From a virus (taxonomy: Duplodnaviria; Heunggongvirae; Uroviricota; Caudoviricetes), in IMG/VR virus record IMGVR_UViG_3300042922_001018: DNA of 64,000 nt; one strand, 5' to 3'. Positions 1 to 9,505 of this stretch are shown piece by piece; positions within the stretch are counted from its first letter, which is position 1, and every line of letters begins with the position of its first letter. Below the pieces are notes generated by a model. That model was given only the letters and a program-made list of their open reading frames with translations. It was not told where the DNA came from and ran no database searches. Both the position numbers and the translations under genes were made by a program.

Positions 1-297
1 CTCGCGCTGTACACGGTCTAGAGCGGTCTCTTCGCCTTCACGGCGCTTCCGTTCCTGGTCAAGCCAGAATCGGAACTCAGGAGTCTCCGTCATTCGGATG
101 AAGGCATTGCGCTTGTTGCGCTTCTGCTCACGGTTGTCACGAGCTTCGCCGACCGCGCCGGACGCGGTATGCACGATGCGTACACCTGTCTTCGCGCGGT
201 CGCGATGCTGTCCACCAGCGCCGGAGACGGTGAACGTCTGCACGTCACAGTCGTCCAGCGTCACGCTGAACAATGGGGCATCGCTTCTTGTCGTCAT
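1..297 (-). CDS. GGQ-motif peptide chain release factor-like protein (RF-1 domain; ArfB/PrfH-like), 3' end outside window
   Basis: Not in ORF track; hand translation from ATG 297: MTTRSDAPLFSVTLDDCDVQTFTVSGAGGQHRDRAKTGVRIVHTASGAVGEARDNREQKRNKRNAF..., open to base 1; overlaps upstream stop (ATGA). Confidence 0.9.
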   Translation of the reverse strand, partial: MTTRSDAPLFSVTLDDCDVQTFTVSGAGGQHRDRAKTGVRIVHTASGAVGEARDNREQKRNKRNAFIRMTETPEFRFWLDQERKRREGEETALDRVQRE

Positions 298-713
298 GAT
301 GGGAGTCGTTCCTGTACTTGCTCCCACGTCACCTGTTCGGCTCCCCAGAAGCAGACCACGGGGATGTTCTTCTTTACAGCCAACAGCGTAGCACCTCGGG
401 TACCCGCATTGCGCTCACCCGGCTGGAAGAAGGCCAACACCCCGTCAGGCTCTCGCGCAATCATTCGGGCATTGCGACGGTGGCCTGCGGCCTTGTCGGT
501 TGAACCATCCGGCCGCTTCCAGTCAGTCACCGGATGCGGTTCAAGCTGCCAGCCACGACGACCCGCGACTCGCGCGCAGAGCTGGTCGGCGCCACGCGCG
601 GCGCCGTGAATGAGTGTGCCTGTGCCGTGCTTGCGCTCGATGCGTCGGAAGGCGTCATCGACGGTTTCCTCATTGCCGTACTCGCGTGAACCTGTGACCA
701 TGACCGTGAACAT
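294..713 (-). CDS. SLOG/YspA-like (DUF2493-type) protein
   Basis: VMVTGSR, LIHGAARGAD, AGHRRNARM motifs. Confidence 0.8.
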   Translation of the reverse strand: MFTVMVTGSREYGNEETVDDAFRRIERKHGTGTLIHGAARGADQLCARVAGRRGWQLEPHPVTDWKRPDGSTDKAAGHRRNARMIAREPDGVLAFFQPGERNAGTRGATLLAVKKNIPVVCFWGAEQVTWEQVQERLPS

Positions 714-1330
714 CAGTCTTCTCCTGCAATCTCGTGGAGCCAGATGCTACCGGGGATGAAATGCCACTCGGTTCGCGACTCATCGTCAACCATGTTGTTC
801 CACACGGGTTCGCGTGCTTCCCACTTCGCTGAAGCGTTCTCGTCGTCGTAGTAGGAGAACTCCTCTACGCCTTCAATGCCGAGCAGCGCAATGTACGTCT
901 CGTCCACGGCGCTGCACACGATGCGCCCGTAGACGTAGTCCGCATCCCGTCCAGAAGCATCGGCGTAGGGCATCCACAGGTCTACGCGGATAGTGAGGTC
1001 GAACGACGACCAGAGCTGGTGCGGGTGCATGTAGTACGGAGCGAAGTCCGCCAGCAGCTCGATAGCGAACTCTTTGTCGGTGACGCTCCCCTCCCGTAGC
1101 CGATGCCGAACGAATATGGACGGCGAGTAGCCTCGTGGCGCAATGACTTTCGTTACGAAGCCCTCAGCGTTCGACGGGTCGCCTCCGGCCATATCACCGT
1201 GCAGCTCGTCGAGCTTCACGCGCGCATACGGCGCAAGTGCCGCTGGGAGCCGTCCTGCGAGCATAGCGGGGAACGCCCGGTACTGAGAGTACGGAACGCG
1301 GAAGCCGTTGAGGATGCGGACGTTGCTCAT
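713..1330 (-). CDS. hypothetical protein
   Basis: 205 aa ORF translationally coupled to neighbours. Confidence 0.7.
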   Translation of the reverse strand: MSNVRILNGFRVPYSQYRAFPAMLAGRLPAALAPYARVKLDELHGDMAGGDPSNAEGFVTKVIAPRGYSPSIFVRHRLREGSVTDKEFAIELLADFAPYYMHPHQLWSSFDLTIRVDLWMPYADASGRDADYVYGRIVCSAVDETYIALLGIEGVEEFSYYDDENASAKWEAREPVWNNMVDDESRTEWHFIPGSIWLHEIAGED

Positions 1331-1333
1331 CGC

Positions 1334-2194
1334 TCAGTCGTCGCTGAAGCCCCAGTCGTCATCCTCATCGTAGTCGTCGTCGTCCTCATCGTAGTGAGTC
1401 TCGGTGTACTCGACATCGGAGGCTTCGAGAACGACGTAGCGGGTGACGCGCACCTTCTGGTAGTTGCAGTCGCGCGGGACGCTGACGACATCGCGAGGGT
1501 TCACGCGGACGCGGAGGAGCACGCCCTGAGCGAAGCCACTGGCGTATGCGTAGGTGCCTGCGTGCAGTCCTCGCGAGCAGCCACGGTCGATGTTCGAGTC
1601 CACGTACGAACGCTGAATCTCGATGGTCGAGCCGACCTGATTGAGGAGGTGTCCGCGGGTCGGGACGCCGTCGATGATGCCAGGGCCGGAGTGGATGCTG
1701 CGGTAGTCGCGACGGACACCCTTATACGCGATGAAGTCGCCGTCGTTGGTGATGGCGAAGTCGAAGCGGCGCAGGAAGCCGTAGAGCGACTGACGGGACG
1801 CCTCGGAGGGGTTCTGGTAGAGCTTCTCCAGGAACCGCACTGCGGGCTTCCACTTGTCCTCATCGCCGATGCCGTACTTCTCGATGGTACGGCGGATGAA
1901 GCGGGCGATGCCTTCGTCGATGGGGTCGTGGTCGTAGAGGACGTTCGTGCCGTCGTACGTGATGTTGTCGGAGAGCTTCGCGAGCCGGTCACCGATGACG
2001 ACTGCCAGCGAGAGAAGCTCCTCGATGCGTTCGATGTCGTCGGTCTTCTCCACCTCCAGCAGCTCCAGCACCCGGTTGTAATGAGGGCTGTCGCTCAGGA
2101 CGGTCAGCGGAAGGCCCGTCGGCCGATAGATGGTGATGGCCGATGGGATGTTCTCGCCCTCGCCGGGCGTGTACGTGCTGTACGGAAGTACCAT
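1334..2194 (-). CDS. rIIB: RIIB-like protein
   Basis: LYQNPS, DGDFIAYKGV, CSRGLHAG, VNPRDVVSVPRD motifs; follows rIIA. Confidence 0.88.
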   Translation of the reverse strand: MVLPYSTYTPGEGENIPSAITIYRPTGLPLTVLSDSPHYNRVLELLEVEKTDDIERIEELLSLAVVIGDRLAKLSDNITYDGTNVLYDHDPIDEGIARFIRRTIEKYGIGDEDKWKPAVRFLEKLYQNPSEASRQSLYGFLRRFDFAITNDGDFIAYKGVRRDYRSIHSGPGIIDGVPTRGHLLNQVGSTIEIQRSYVDSNIDRGCSRGLHAGTYAYASGFAQGVLLRVRVNPRDVVSVPRDCNYQKVRVTRYVVLEASDVEYTETHYDEDDDDYDEDDDWGFSDD

Positions 2195-2224
2195 GATTGT
2201 GTCCTCTCGGGCCTCAGTCTAGCA

Positions 2225-4645
2225 TCACTCTACGACGTTGAGAAGCTGGTCGTAGGCAGCGTTCACGTAGAGCACCGCGTGCTTGATGCGACCGTCTCCG
2301 CGCTCCAGCCCAGACAGCAGCGGGTACCGCTCGATGATGGTCAGCTCAGTGATGTAATCGTGAACGGCAAGAACACGCTCGCGCTGGTCTTCAGTCAGCC
2401 CGAGGGTGTGAACGTTCTGCTGCACCGTCGTAGTGAAGTTCTCCTTGTCACCCCGCCAGTAGCTCACACGGGCGCCCTTGCGGAGCATCGCGAGGAACTG
2501 TTCGACGGAGTGAGAGGGACGCTTCCCGCCTTCGCGGAAGATAGGGTCTTTCAGCTCGTCAAGGCGTGGTTCCAGCTTCATCATGACGGCCTGGGACTTC
2601 GACTCGGTCCACAGCGCCATCGAGGTGTCAGCGGCTTCGAACTCATCCACGAGACTCTCGAAGAGTTCAGTGACGACCTCATCGAGCGGGCGAATACCGG
2701 GCGCGTCCTGGATGAGGTCTTCGAGCTTCTGTGAAGCACGCAGCACGATGACACGATAGCCCGCACGGCTGACCTGCTTCATGACATCGAGGGCGAGTTC
2801 TGCCGCCAGCCGTCCAGGGTGCGCGCCACGGTCCGCGAGCTTCGCCACGAGGTCTGCGGCGGTACCCGTTGCGGCCTGCGAGTCGGGAAGGACGTAAGCC
2901 ATCTTCCCGCCGCCACCGACACGCTCGTTCTCCAGGAGCGCCCGTTGGGTCTCGGTTGCATCCTCAGGGATTTCGACGCGCTCCCCCAGGATGAAAGTCT
3001 CCATCTCGGAGTTGTCCATCGAGTCGGTGTTCAGGCGCGCCCGGTCGGAGGTAGATGACAGCGCAGGCTGGAGGACCGAGTAGTCTCGCTTCTCGCGGGC
3101 CGCACGCTTCACGTAATCGCTTCGCGACCGCCGCGCCGAAGCATCCCGTCGGTACTCGCGCCGCTCCTCCATCGCCTCTTCTTCGATGCTCTGGACCGGC
3201 ACGAACTGTGCCAGCTCACGGAACCACGGGGAGAAGTCCTCGGGGCGTCCGAGCGTGATGTAGCGCGTCGTCGTTTCGACGGTCTCGACACCCGCGCGGC
3301 GGAGCCACCGCTCGTAGTCGCGGATGTCGCGTTCAGCGTTGCTGATGGTCTTCGAGTAGTCGTCGGGCAGCGTGTACACGACCGTCAGCTCATCGAGAGT
3401 CTCCGGGGCGTCGTGGGTGTCCGCGTGCTTGATGGAACGCGCCGTGTACCGGGTTCCGGTGTTGCGTGGTGCCACCTCAGACAGGTAAGGCGGGCGCACA
3501 TAACGAAGGTGGTCTTCCGGCGTCACGGCGATGAACTCGCCTGTTGCCTTGCCTTCCTCGTTGAGCCTCGGCCGCTCCTGGGCGGGGAAGAACGGGACTT
3601 CCCCCTTCGTAGGAATCACTTCACCGTGCCACGTGCTCAGCTCCTCCTGGAGGAACTTCGGAAGGGAGCTGTGGTAGAGCAGCGCTTCGTTCCGCGATGA
3701 GTTCTCGATGCGGGCCGCGGCCTGCACACGGAACTCTTCCACCCATGCCTCAGCGATGCGCGTGATGGTTTCGCGGCTCTGGGACACTGCCCGAATGCCT
3801 TCACGGCTGGTCTCAACCTTGACCTGGCCGTTCGGAAGTGAGAGGAAGATGCGCTTCGCACCGTCGATGCGCGACACAACGCCGCCGTCGAGTTCGGACG
3901 TGATGTCGTACCGGACGCCGAGAATCTCGGCTGACGCGCCCTTGAACCCTTCCACCGCGTCTTCGTCGAGTGCGTACCAGCCATGCTCACCGATGCGCTG
4001 GAACTGCGTCGGGTTGTGCAGGCTGTACTTCGGCGCCTGGCCGTTGACGAGGATGCTGCCGGGCGGGTAGGAGATGAACAGGTTCTCGGCAGCGGCCTGC
4101 ATCGCATCGACATCCGCAACGGGGATGCAGACGGTGACACCGTTCGGCTCATCCGTCTCCTCGTAACCGATGAACTTGAAGTCGGGGATGCCGTCTTCGT
4201 CGCGGATGACCGCGATGGTGTGCTTCTCGCCGTTCTTGATGGTGATGAGCGAGAACGACGGCGTGATAGCGAGTGGGGACTTGGACCCGAGGCCGAACCC
4301 GCCGCGTTCCTCATTCGAGCCACGCTTATCGGATGCGCCGACCTTCGAGTAGGTGTCGCGGATGTCCGCCTTCGACATCCCTGTTCCCCAGTCCTGAATC
4401 ACGAGGACCGGGTTGAGCGAACTCGGCAGAGAGATTTCGATGGGACGGGTCTGCTTCGCGCGGATGTGCGCGTCGGCAGCGTTCGACCCCAGCTCTTGCA
4501 GGATGGCTCGCCACGGGTTCTTGTACAGCGACTCCGAGATGGACTGGAGGAGGAAGACCGTAGCTTCCTCGTCGATGGTCAGCTTGATGCTGTCCTTGAC
4601 ATCGACGTTGTCTTCGACCGTACCCTTGATGCTTTCGATAATCAT
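2225..4645 (-). CDS. rIIA: RIIA-like protein with N-terminal GHKL ATPase domain
   Basis: LYKNPWRAILQELGSNAADAH, DWGTGMS, GGFGLGSK; adjacent to rIIB. Confidence 0.88.
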   Translation of the reverse strand: MIIESIKGTVEDNVDVKDSIKLTIDEEATVFLLQSISESLYKNPWRAILQELGSNAADAHIRAKQTRPIEISLPSSLNPVLVIQDWGTGMSKADIRDTYSKVGASDKRGSNEERGGFGLGSKSPLAITPSFSLITIKNGEKHTIAVIRDEDGIPDFKFIGYEETDEPNGVTVCIPVADVDAMQAAAENLFISYPPGSILVNGQAPKYSLHNPTQFQRIGEHGWYALDEDAVEGFKGASAEILGVRYDITSELDGGVVSRIDGAKRIFLSLPNGQVKVETSREGIRAVSQSRETITRIAEAWVEEFRVQAAARIENSSRNEALLYHSSLPKFLQEELSTWHGEVIPTKGEVPFFPAQERPRLNEEGKATGEFIAVTPEDHLRYVRPPYLSEVAPRNTGTRYTARSIKHADTHDAPETLDELTVVYTLPDDYSKTISNAERDIRDYERWLRRAGVETVETTTRYITLGRPEDFSPWFRELAQFVPVQSIEEEAMEERREYRRDASARRSRSDYVKRAAREKRDYSVLQPALSSTSDRARLNTDSMDNSEMETFILGERVEIPEDATETQRALLENERVGGGGKMAYVLPDSQAATGTAADLVAKLADRGAHPGRLAAELALDVMKQVSRAGYRVIVLRASQKLEDLIQDAPGIRPLDEVVTELFESLVDEFEAADTSMALWTESKSQAVMMKLEPRLDELKDPIFREGGKRPSHSVEQFLAMLRKGARVSYWRGDKENFTTTVQQNVHTLGLTEDQRERVLAVHDYITELTIIERYPLLSGLERGDGRIKHAVLYVNAAYDQLLNVVE

Positions 4646-4678
4646 GCGGCTGCAAGCCTTCCTCTGCGAGTCCCTGCC

Positions 4679-4708
4679 ACCCTAGCAGACGATACGGGGA
4701 AGTGTCAA
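4679..4708 (-). promoter_or_regulatory. sigmaA-type promoter for rIIA operon
   Basis: Minus strand TTGACA-18 nt-TAGGGT with TG extension. Confidence 0.6.
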
Positions 4709-4757
4709 TGTGAGGGATAGTGCACATCCACCCTAATGTGCACTATCCCTCACATTG
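4706..4757. terminator. 22-bp perfect inverted repeat (probable terminator)
   Basis: CAATGTGAGGGATAGTGCACAT / ATGTGCACTATCCCTCACATTG, 8-nt loop, just after stop of 4759..5538. Confidence 0.7.
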
Positions 4758-4758
4758 C

Positions 4759-5538
4759 TCAGCGGCCGGAGAGAATCCCGCGGAGCACTTCAGCGCACTT
4801 CTCGGCTGGTACAACCTCGTTCCGGTGCACAAGCACGATACGCACGTCCGGCGTCTTGCGGCGGGCGCCGAGCACATCGTTGACGAGGGCGCGGTCGTCA
4901 CGGCCTCCATTGAGAAGGAGGAAGACGACATCAGCGGTCTGCACGGCTCGTGTCATGTCGGTGCACACTTCAACGGCAGTCTCGTTCCGCGCACGGTCCA
5001 GCAGGTCGAGAGACGTGGTGTGAAGGACGACGGCGGGCCGCTGCGGGTTCTCGAAGCCTCGGCCTTCACGGAGCGAGACGGTCTCCAGGTCAGTCTCGTA
5101 CGCGCGCTCCAGAATCTTGCGGATAGCGGCGGTGTTGCCACGGACGGGACCGACGAACGTGAAGCGGTAGTACCAGCCGCGGGGGAACTCGGTAATCCAG
5201 TTGTACCGCTGCATCCCCGTGTTCGGGTCCAGGTACGTGATGGGGGCACCATCCGGGTTCTCAGCGCGGGCGCGGGCTGAGAGCAGCCCGTAGCGAGCGC
5301 GCGTGCGACGCACGAAGGAGACGCTGCGCTTCACCTTGTTTGCAATCTGGCTGTCAGAAAGGCCTTCCTCGTATGCCGCCATGACTGCGACGACATCGGT
5401 GGGAAGCTCCTCACTGATGAACACGCAGTCGTCACACAGCGCTTGGTTCTTGGGTCGGGCCTGACCGCAACGGGGGCAGGACGGCTTGCTGGAGGAGGTG
5501 GTCGCGGACGAGCCGACGAGGGTGCCAGTGATACTCAT
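4759..5538 (-). CDS. Zn-ribbon plus HTH protein, putative regulator
   Basis: CPRC...CDDC; GLSDSQIANKVKRSVSFVRR HTH-like segment. Confidence 0.6.
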   Translation of the reverse strand: MSITGTLVGSSATTSSSKPSCPRCGQARPKNQALCDDCVFISEELPTDVVAVMAAYEEGLSDSQIANKVKRSVSFVRRTRARYGLLSARARAENPDGAPITYLDPNTGMQRYNWITEFPRGWYYRFTFVGPVRGNTAAIRKILERAYETDLETVSLREGRGFENPQRPAVVLHTTSLDLLDRARNETAVEVCTDMTRAVQTADVVFLLLNGGRDDRALVNDVLGARRKTPDVRIVLVHRNEVVPAEKCAEVLRGILSGR

Positions 5539-5594
5539 ACACCCTTTATGCAGCTCGTTCCAAGTTACCTGTCAACTTTAGCCCTTGACAAGGA

Positions 5595-5632
5595 ACAGGT
5601 TTTCCTGTATACGCGATTACAGGTTTTCCTGT
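5595..5632. promoter_or_regulatory. two palindromic ACAGGTTTTCCTGT boxes (operator-like)
   Basis: Identical 14-mers at 5595 and 5619, next to TTGACA hexamers on both strands. Confidence 0.5.
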
Positions 5633-5662
5633 TCGCTGGTATCTGCCACAGGAGCGCTCTTT

Positions 5663-5833
5663 TCAGGCGGACTGCTTGTCGTAATAGACGACGGTGGGGA
5701 CTTCTTCGCCCAGGATAGCGAGGATGTCGCGAGCAAGAGGAATAGCGCGCTCAGGGACCGGACCGTAGGTGCCCCGTTCGATTTCATAACACAGTTGCCG
5801 TATGCGTGTGATGACATCGAAATCGGCCGTCAT
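5663..5833 (-). CDS. small hypothetical protein (MTADFDVITRIRQLC...)
   Basis: C-terminal part of ORF 5663..6232 that does not overlap the + gene. Confidence 0.55.
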   Translation of the reverse strand: MTADFDVITRIRQLCYEIERGTYGPVPERAIPLARDILAILGEEVPTVVYYDKQSA

Positions 5834-5887
5834 AGCAGCGAGTCTATCAGACGCATACTCGACCCATGGGATGCTAGGCTGTGAGGC

Positions 5888-6406
5888 ATGAAGAAGCCGT
5901 TGAAGCTCCTGCCGTTCATCCTGCTTGCGTCCATCTTCGCTGTGTGGATGACGACCGCGGGGATGACCGGGCAGGCTTCGCTCGAAGCAGAGTTCGCGAA
6001 GGCGGAGCAGCGTCTCGCCGATGGAACCGGGACTCAAATCACGGTCCAGTCGGAAGGTCAGGACCGTATCCGAACTGGTCGTCGTGCATCCTACAAGTGG
6101 TGCTACAAGTTCGAGTATCAGGCGGATGGCTACTCGGTGCCTTTCACTGAAAAGCGCTGGTGCGAACGCTCGCAGACCAGCGAGCCTGTGTCGGCCACCC
6201 TGGTGTACCGGGAAGACTTCCCGCAGATTCACTACTGGGTACGCTCCGACGCCACTGAGGAGATGTACTACGGTACGAGCATTCAGCTCTGGTCAGGCTG
6301 GGCAAGCGGCGCGGCTGCGCTCGGCCTGTCTGGGTTTGCGGTCATCTCTGCTGTGGTGAACCGCAAGCGAAAGACCCCGTCAGCCGAAGCCAACGGGGTC
6401 TCATAG
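5888..6406 (+). CDS. membrane protein with N- and C-terminal TM helices
   Basis: Hydrophobic ends; leaderless TGCTAGGCT-N7-ATG. Confidence 0.75.
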   Translation: MKKPLKLLPFILLASIFAVWMTTAGMTGQASLEAEFAKAEQRLADGTGTQITVQSEGQDRIRTGRRASYKWCYKFEYQADGYSVPFTEKRWCERSQTSEPVSATLVYREDFPQIHYWVRSDATEEMYYGTSIQLWSGWASGAAALGLSGFAVISAVVNRKRKTPSAEANGVS

Positions 6407-6413
6407 CGGCGAC

Positions 6414-6635
6414 TCAGTCGTCGAGGATTTTCGTCTCCCAGGTGCCGTCCGGCCGCTGGTTGGCGATGCCCGCCTTGCCTGTCGTCATGGCCTCCATCAT
6501 GAAGTTCCATGCCGGGTCACCCTCGCGGATGCTCCCATCGGCGCGGTAGTCAAGCGGGTTGTCCACAGGCGCGTCCCGCATGTCGTTGGACGGCTCCGCC
6601 TCTGTCTTCGCCTTCTTCCGACTGAACCAGCCCAT
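6414..6635 (-). CDS. small hypothetical protein
   Basis: Coupled to upstream gene. Confidence 0.65.
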   Translation of the reverse strand: MGWFSRKKAKTEAEPSNDMRDAPVDNPLDYRADGSIREGDPAWNFMMEAMTTGKAGIANQRPDGTWETKILDD

Positions 6636-7372
6636 CAGACCGAGGCGGGGTCGGAGTTGAAGCCGATGTACGCGGCGCCGACGATGAAACGGTCATCGTA
6701 CGCGAGCGTTTCATCCGCAGCCGCATCGTTTGCCGAGAAGTCGAGCAGCGTGAACGCGTAGTATGCCGTCAGCGCGAGGTTGTGGAACCCCGTCGCCTCA
6801 TCGACCGAGCGACCCGCCCAGTATTCGTTGACGTGATGCTGGAGCAGCGAGTAGTACACGCCCCAGTTCTTCGTCTCGGCGACTCCGAGCGTCCCGTAGA
6901 CCTCCGCGACCATCGCGAGGGGACGCAGCGGGATGAGGTCGTACCGAGCCGTCACGCCTTCAACCACGCGGTCCGGGTCTTTCATGTTCTCGTCGTTCTC
7001 GCGGTATGCCAGCGGGGCACGGGTGAAGCTCTCGCCCACGTAGTCGTACTGGCGGTCGTCGAACTCCGGGTGCATCTCCTGCGACTCGATGAGCGTGAAA
7101 GCGTGCCAGGCCACCGACGAAAGGTGGCTGAGCTGCATCTCGATGTCGATGTTCTCACCAGCCCAGAAGAGGTTCGCGTGGCGCTGGAGGGCAGAGTACG
7201 ACTTCGACTGCTCGTAGCCGCGACGGAAGTTGTGCGCGTCGTACTTGCGGGCACCGTTGCCGTAGAGGGTCGCCAGCTCTCGTAGAGCGAAAGGCGGGAT
7301 GAGCGCGTAGGCCTGCTTCTTCACGCCCTTCGCACCGCCGGTCGATGAGACGCTTCGTGTTTCCTTCGTCAT
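6635..7372 (-). CDS. dATP/dGTP diphosphohydrolase-like (DUF5664) protein with tandem domains
   Basis: YALIPP..GARKY..HNFRRG..ALQRH..WAGENID..SHL; degenerate second copy YDLIP..WAGRSVDEATGFHNL. Confidence 0.8.
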   Translation of the reverse strand: MTKETRSVSSTGGAKGVKKQAYALIPPFALRELATLYGNGARKYDAHNFRRGYEQSKSYSALQRHANLFWAGENIDIEMQLSHLSSVAWHAFTLIESQEMHPEFDDRQYDYVGESFTRAPLAYRENDENMKDPDRVVEGVTARYDLIPLRPLAMVAEVYGTLGVAETKNWGVYYSLLQHHVNEYWAGRSVDEATGFHNLALTAYYAFTLLDFSANDAAADETLAYDDRFIVGAAYIGFNSDPASV

Positions 7373-8964
7373 GCGTTGTTCCTGTTCTTCTTGATGTCAG
7401 CGGTGATACCTGCGATGTCGAGACCCGAGAACGCCTTCTTCGCGATGGCCTTCTCCTGAGCGAACGTTTTCTTCTTCTCTTCCTCCGACGTGGCGGCACC
7501 TGAGAAGGTCTCGACCCACTCTACACCCAGCGGGTCGAGATGCCGCTGGGCGCGAGTGACGGCCACGTAGGAGAGCATGACCTCTTCCACGGACACCGTG
7601 TCACCACGAGGCGCTCGGAAGTCATCGGCAACGGTGACCTGGAACCACTCCAGACCCTTCGCCGCGTGAGCGGTCGAGACGATGGTCCGCGCCTGTCCTG
7701 CCTCCACGCAGTTGTCGATGGAGCGGACCACAGCGTCAGGGCCGTAGTCGTCGATGAGGGAGACGAGCTTTCCCAGCTCAGCGTCAGCCTCTTCCTCGAC
7801 ATGGTTCTGAACCTGCTTCCAGGAGCCGAACATCGAGAGGTCAGCGTGATTCGTCTTGCCCTTGTCGTGGAGTTCCTTCGCCGCAACGGCGAGCTTCCGA
7901 AGCTCCTGTGGGACGTGGCGTCCGCCGATAGCCGTGGAGTGGCCCTGCTGCTGCGCCTTCGCCAGCTCGACCAGCGCGCCCATGTTGGTGCGGGTGAGGA
8001 TGGCTTCCGGCTGACGCTTCGTTGCGCGGAACACACTGGAAGGCAGTCCGGGCATACCGCTGAGACGGAAGTCACCGAGGAGCGCTAGGAAGCGGTTCGC
8101 GTAGTCCGCGATGGCGTCTCCGAAGCGGAAGGACTGTGAGAGGTCATACCCAGTGCCACCGAACGCGTCCATCGCAGAGATAGCGCCACGCCACCCGTAG
8201 ATGGCCTGTGCCCGGTCGCCGACGACGACGACCTGAGCGTTCTTCTGGGACTCGATGAGGCCAATCATCAGGGGGTCCGTGTCCTGCGCCTCGTCCAGCA
8301 GGATGAAGTCGTAAGGTAGCTCGGGGTTGGAGAGCGCGTACATCTTCAGGTAGTGGTCGTGGCTGAACTTCAGCTTGCCGTCGAGCGCGACGACATCGTT
8401 CCAGTACGACTTCGCGTACCCGAGAACATAGTCGCCGAGCTGGCGCTTGCCTTCCTCGGTGAGGCGGAACGCCGGGTCGAACGCGATGTGGGAGACCTGG
8501 AACTCCGTGTCGGCCGAATGGCAGAAGCCGGAGACGGCGCTTTCCACGAGCTTGACAAGCTGCTGAGCGCTCACGGCGCCAACAGAGCCACCATCGTTCA
8601 GGCCACGGAGGCTGAACTTCCCCTGGCGGTTGATGCTCAGCACGTCCGCCTTGTCGGTCCAACGCTGCCACTTGCTCGCGTTCATCCGGTGCTGACGCGG
8701 AGCGCCGAACTCGGCATAGGCGAGGGAGTGGATGGTCCGCGAGACGACAGGGGTGCCAGCGAAGCGTCGCTGTGCTTCCTCGGCGATGGGCTTGTTGAAC
8801 GCGAGGTAGATGCCGTTCTGGCCCTTCGGCTTCGCCTCATCCGCAAGAAGCCGAAGCGAGGCGGTCTTTCCCGTCCCCGCTCCTGCGTTGATGACGAGGT
8901 TCTGGCCGGTACGGAAACCGTCGCGAATGGCTACTTGCTCGTCTGTAGGAGAAAACTCAGGCAC
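7369..8964 (-). CDS. UvrD/REP-like SF1 helicase
   Basis: AGAGTGKT, DEAQD, VGDRAQAIYGWRG, TAHAAKGLE, YVAVTRA. Confidence 0.92.
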   Translation of the reverse strand: MPEFSPTDEQVAIRDGFRTGQNLVINAGAGTGKTASLRLLADEAKPKGQNGIYLAFNKPIAEEAQRRFAGTPVVSRTIHSLAYAEFGAPRQHRMNASKWQRWTDKADVLSINRQGKFSLRGLNDGGSVGAVSAQQLVKLVESAVSGFCHSADTEFQVSHIAFDPAFRLTEEGKRQLGDYVLGYAKSYWNDVVALDGKLKFSHDHYLKMYALSNPELPYDFILLDEAQDTDPLMIGLIESQKNAQVVVVGDRAQAIYGWRGAISAMDAFGGTGYDLSQSFRFGDAIADYANRFLALLGDFRLSGMPGLPSSVFRATKRQPEAILTRTNMGALVELAKAQQQGHSTAIGGRHVPQELRKLAVAAKELHDKGKTNHADLSMFGSWKQVQNHVEEEADAELGKLVSLIDDYGPDAVVRSIDNCVEAGQARTIVSTAHAAKGLEWFQVTVADDFRAPRGDTVSVEEVMLSYVAVTRAQRHLDPLGVEWVETFSGAATSEEEKKKTFAQEKAIAKKAFSGLDIAGITADIKKNRNNA

Positions 8965-9505
8965 CCGCCAAGCCTAACACATGTCCGCGCGGACGAACCG
9001 GCCGAACCATGATTTGCACTGGCTCATCGGGAGACTCCATCGCCACTTCGTCACCGGGATTACCCAGCGGCAGGAAGCCCTCCGCCGCATACAGCGGCCC
9101 CACTCCGGCGGAGACCCGCGTGAAGTACGAAAGCCCTACCGCTGCACGTTCCGCGTCGGCATGTTCGAGTGCCCGGCTGAGAAGCGCACGAGCGATGCCA
9201 GACCGACGAGCGGACGGCACAGTGAACAGTCTGCTCACTTCGTAGTAGCTCGTGTATCCAGCCAGCGCTCGCTGCATCGGTTCCCAAATGGGGAGGGACA
9301 GGCTGACGTGACCAACTACTTCGTCACCGTCCAGTGCGATGAAGCGCGCCAGCGTTTTCCCGTCGGATGTGTCGAGGTAGCCGTCGATTCCCTGTTCGCG
9401 CTGAAGTGGCGTAGGGTACTGCTCCTGTGCTGCGAACATCTCGGCGGTTGCGGAACGCAGCGCGTCGCTGTAACGACCTTCGTATGGGAGGTATCGAGCT
9501 GTCAC
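8957..9505 (-). CDS. GNAT acetyltransferase
   Basis: VSRLFTVPSARRSGIARALL, LYAAEGF. Confidence 0.85.
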   Translation of the reverse strand: MTARYLPYEGRYSDALRSATAEMFAAQEQYPTPLQREQGIDGYLDTSDGKTLARFIALDGDEVVGHVSLSLPIWEPMQRALAGYTSYYEVSRLFTVPSARRSGIARALLSRALEHADAERAAVGLSYFTRVSAGVGPLYAAEGFLPLGNPGDEVAMESPDEPVQIMVRPVRPRGHVLGLAGA

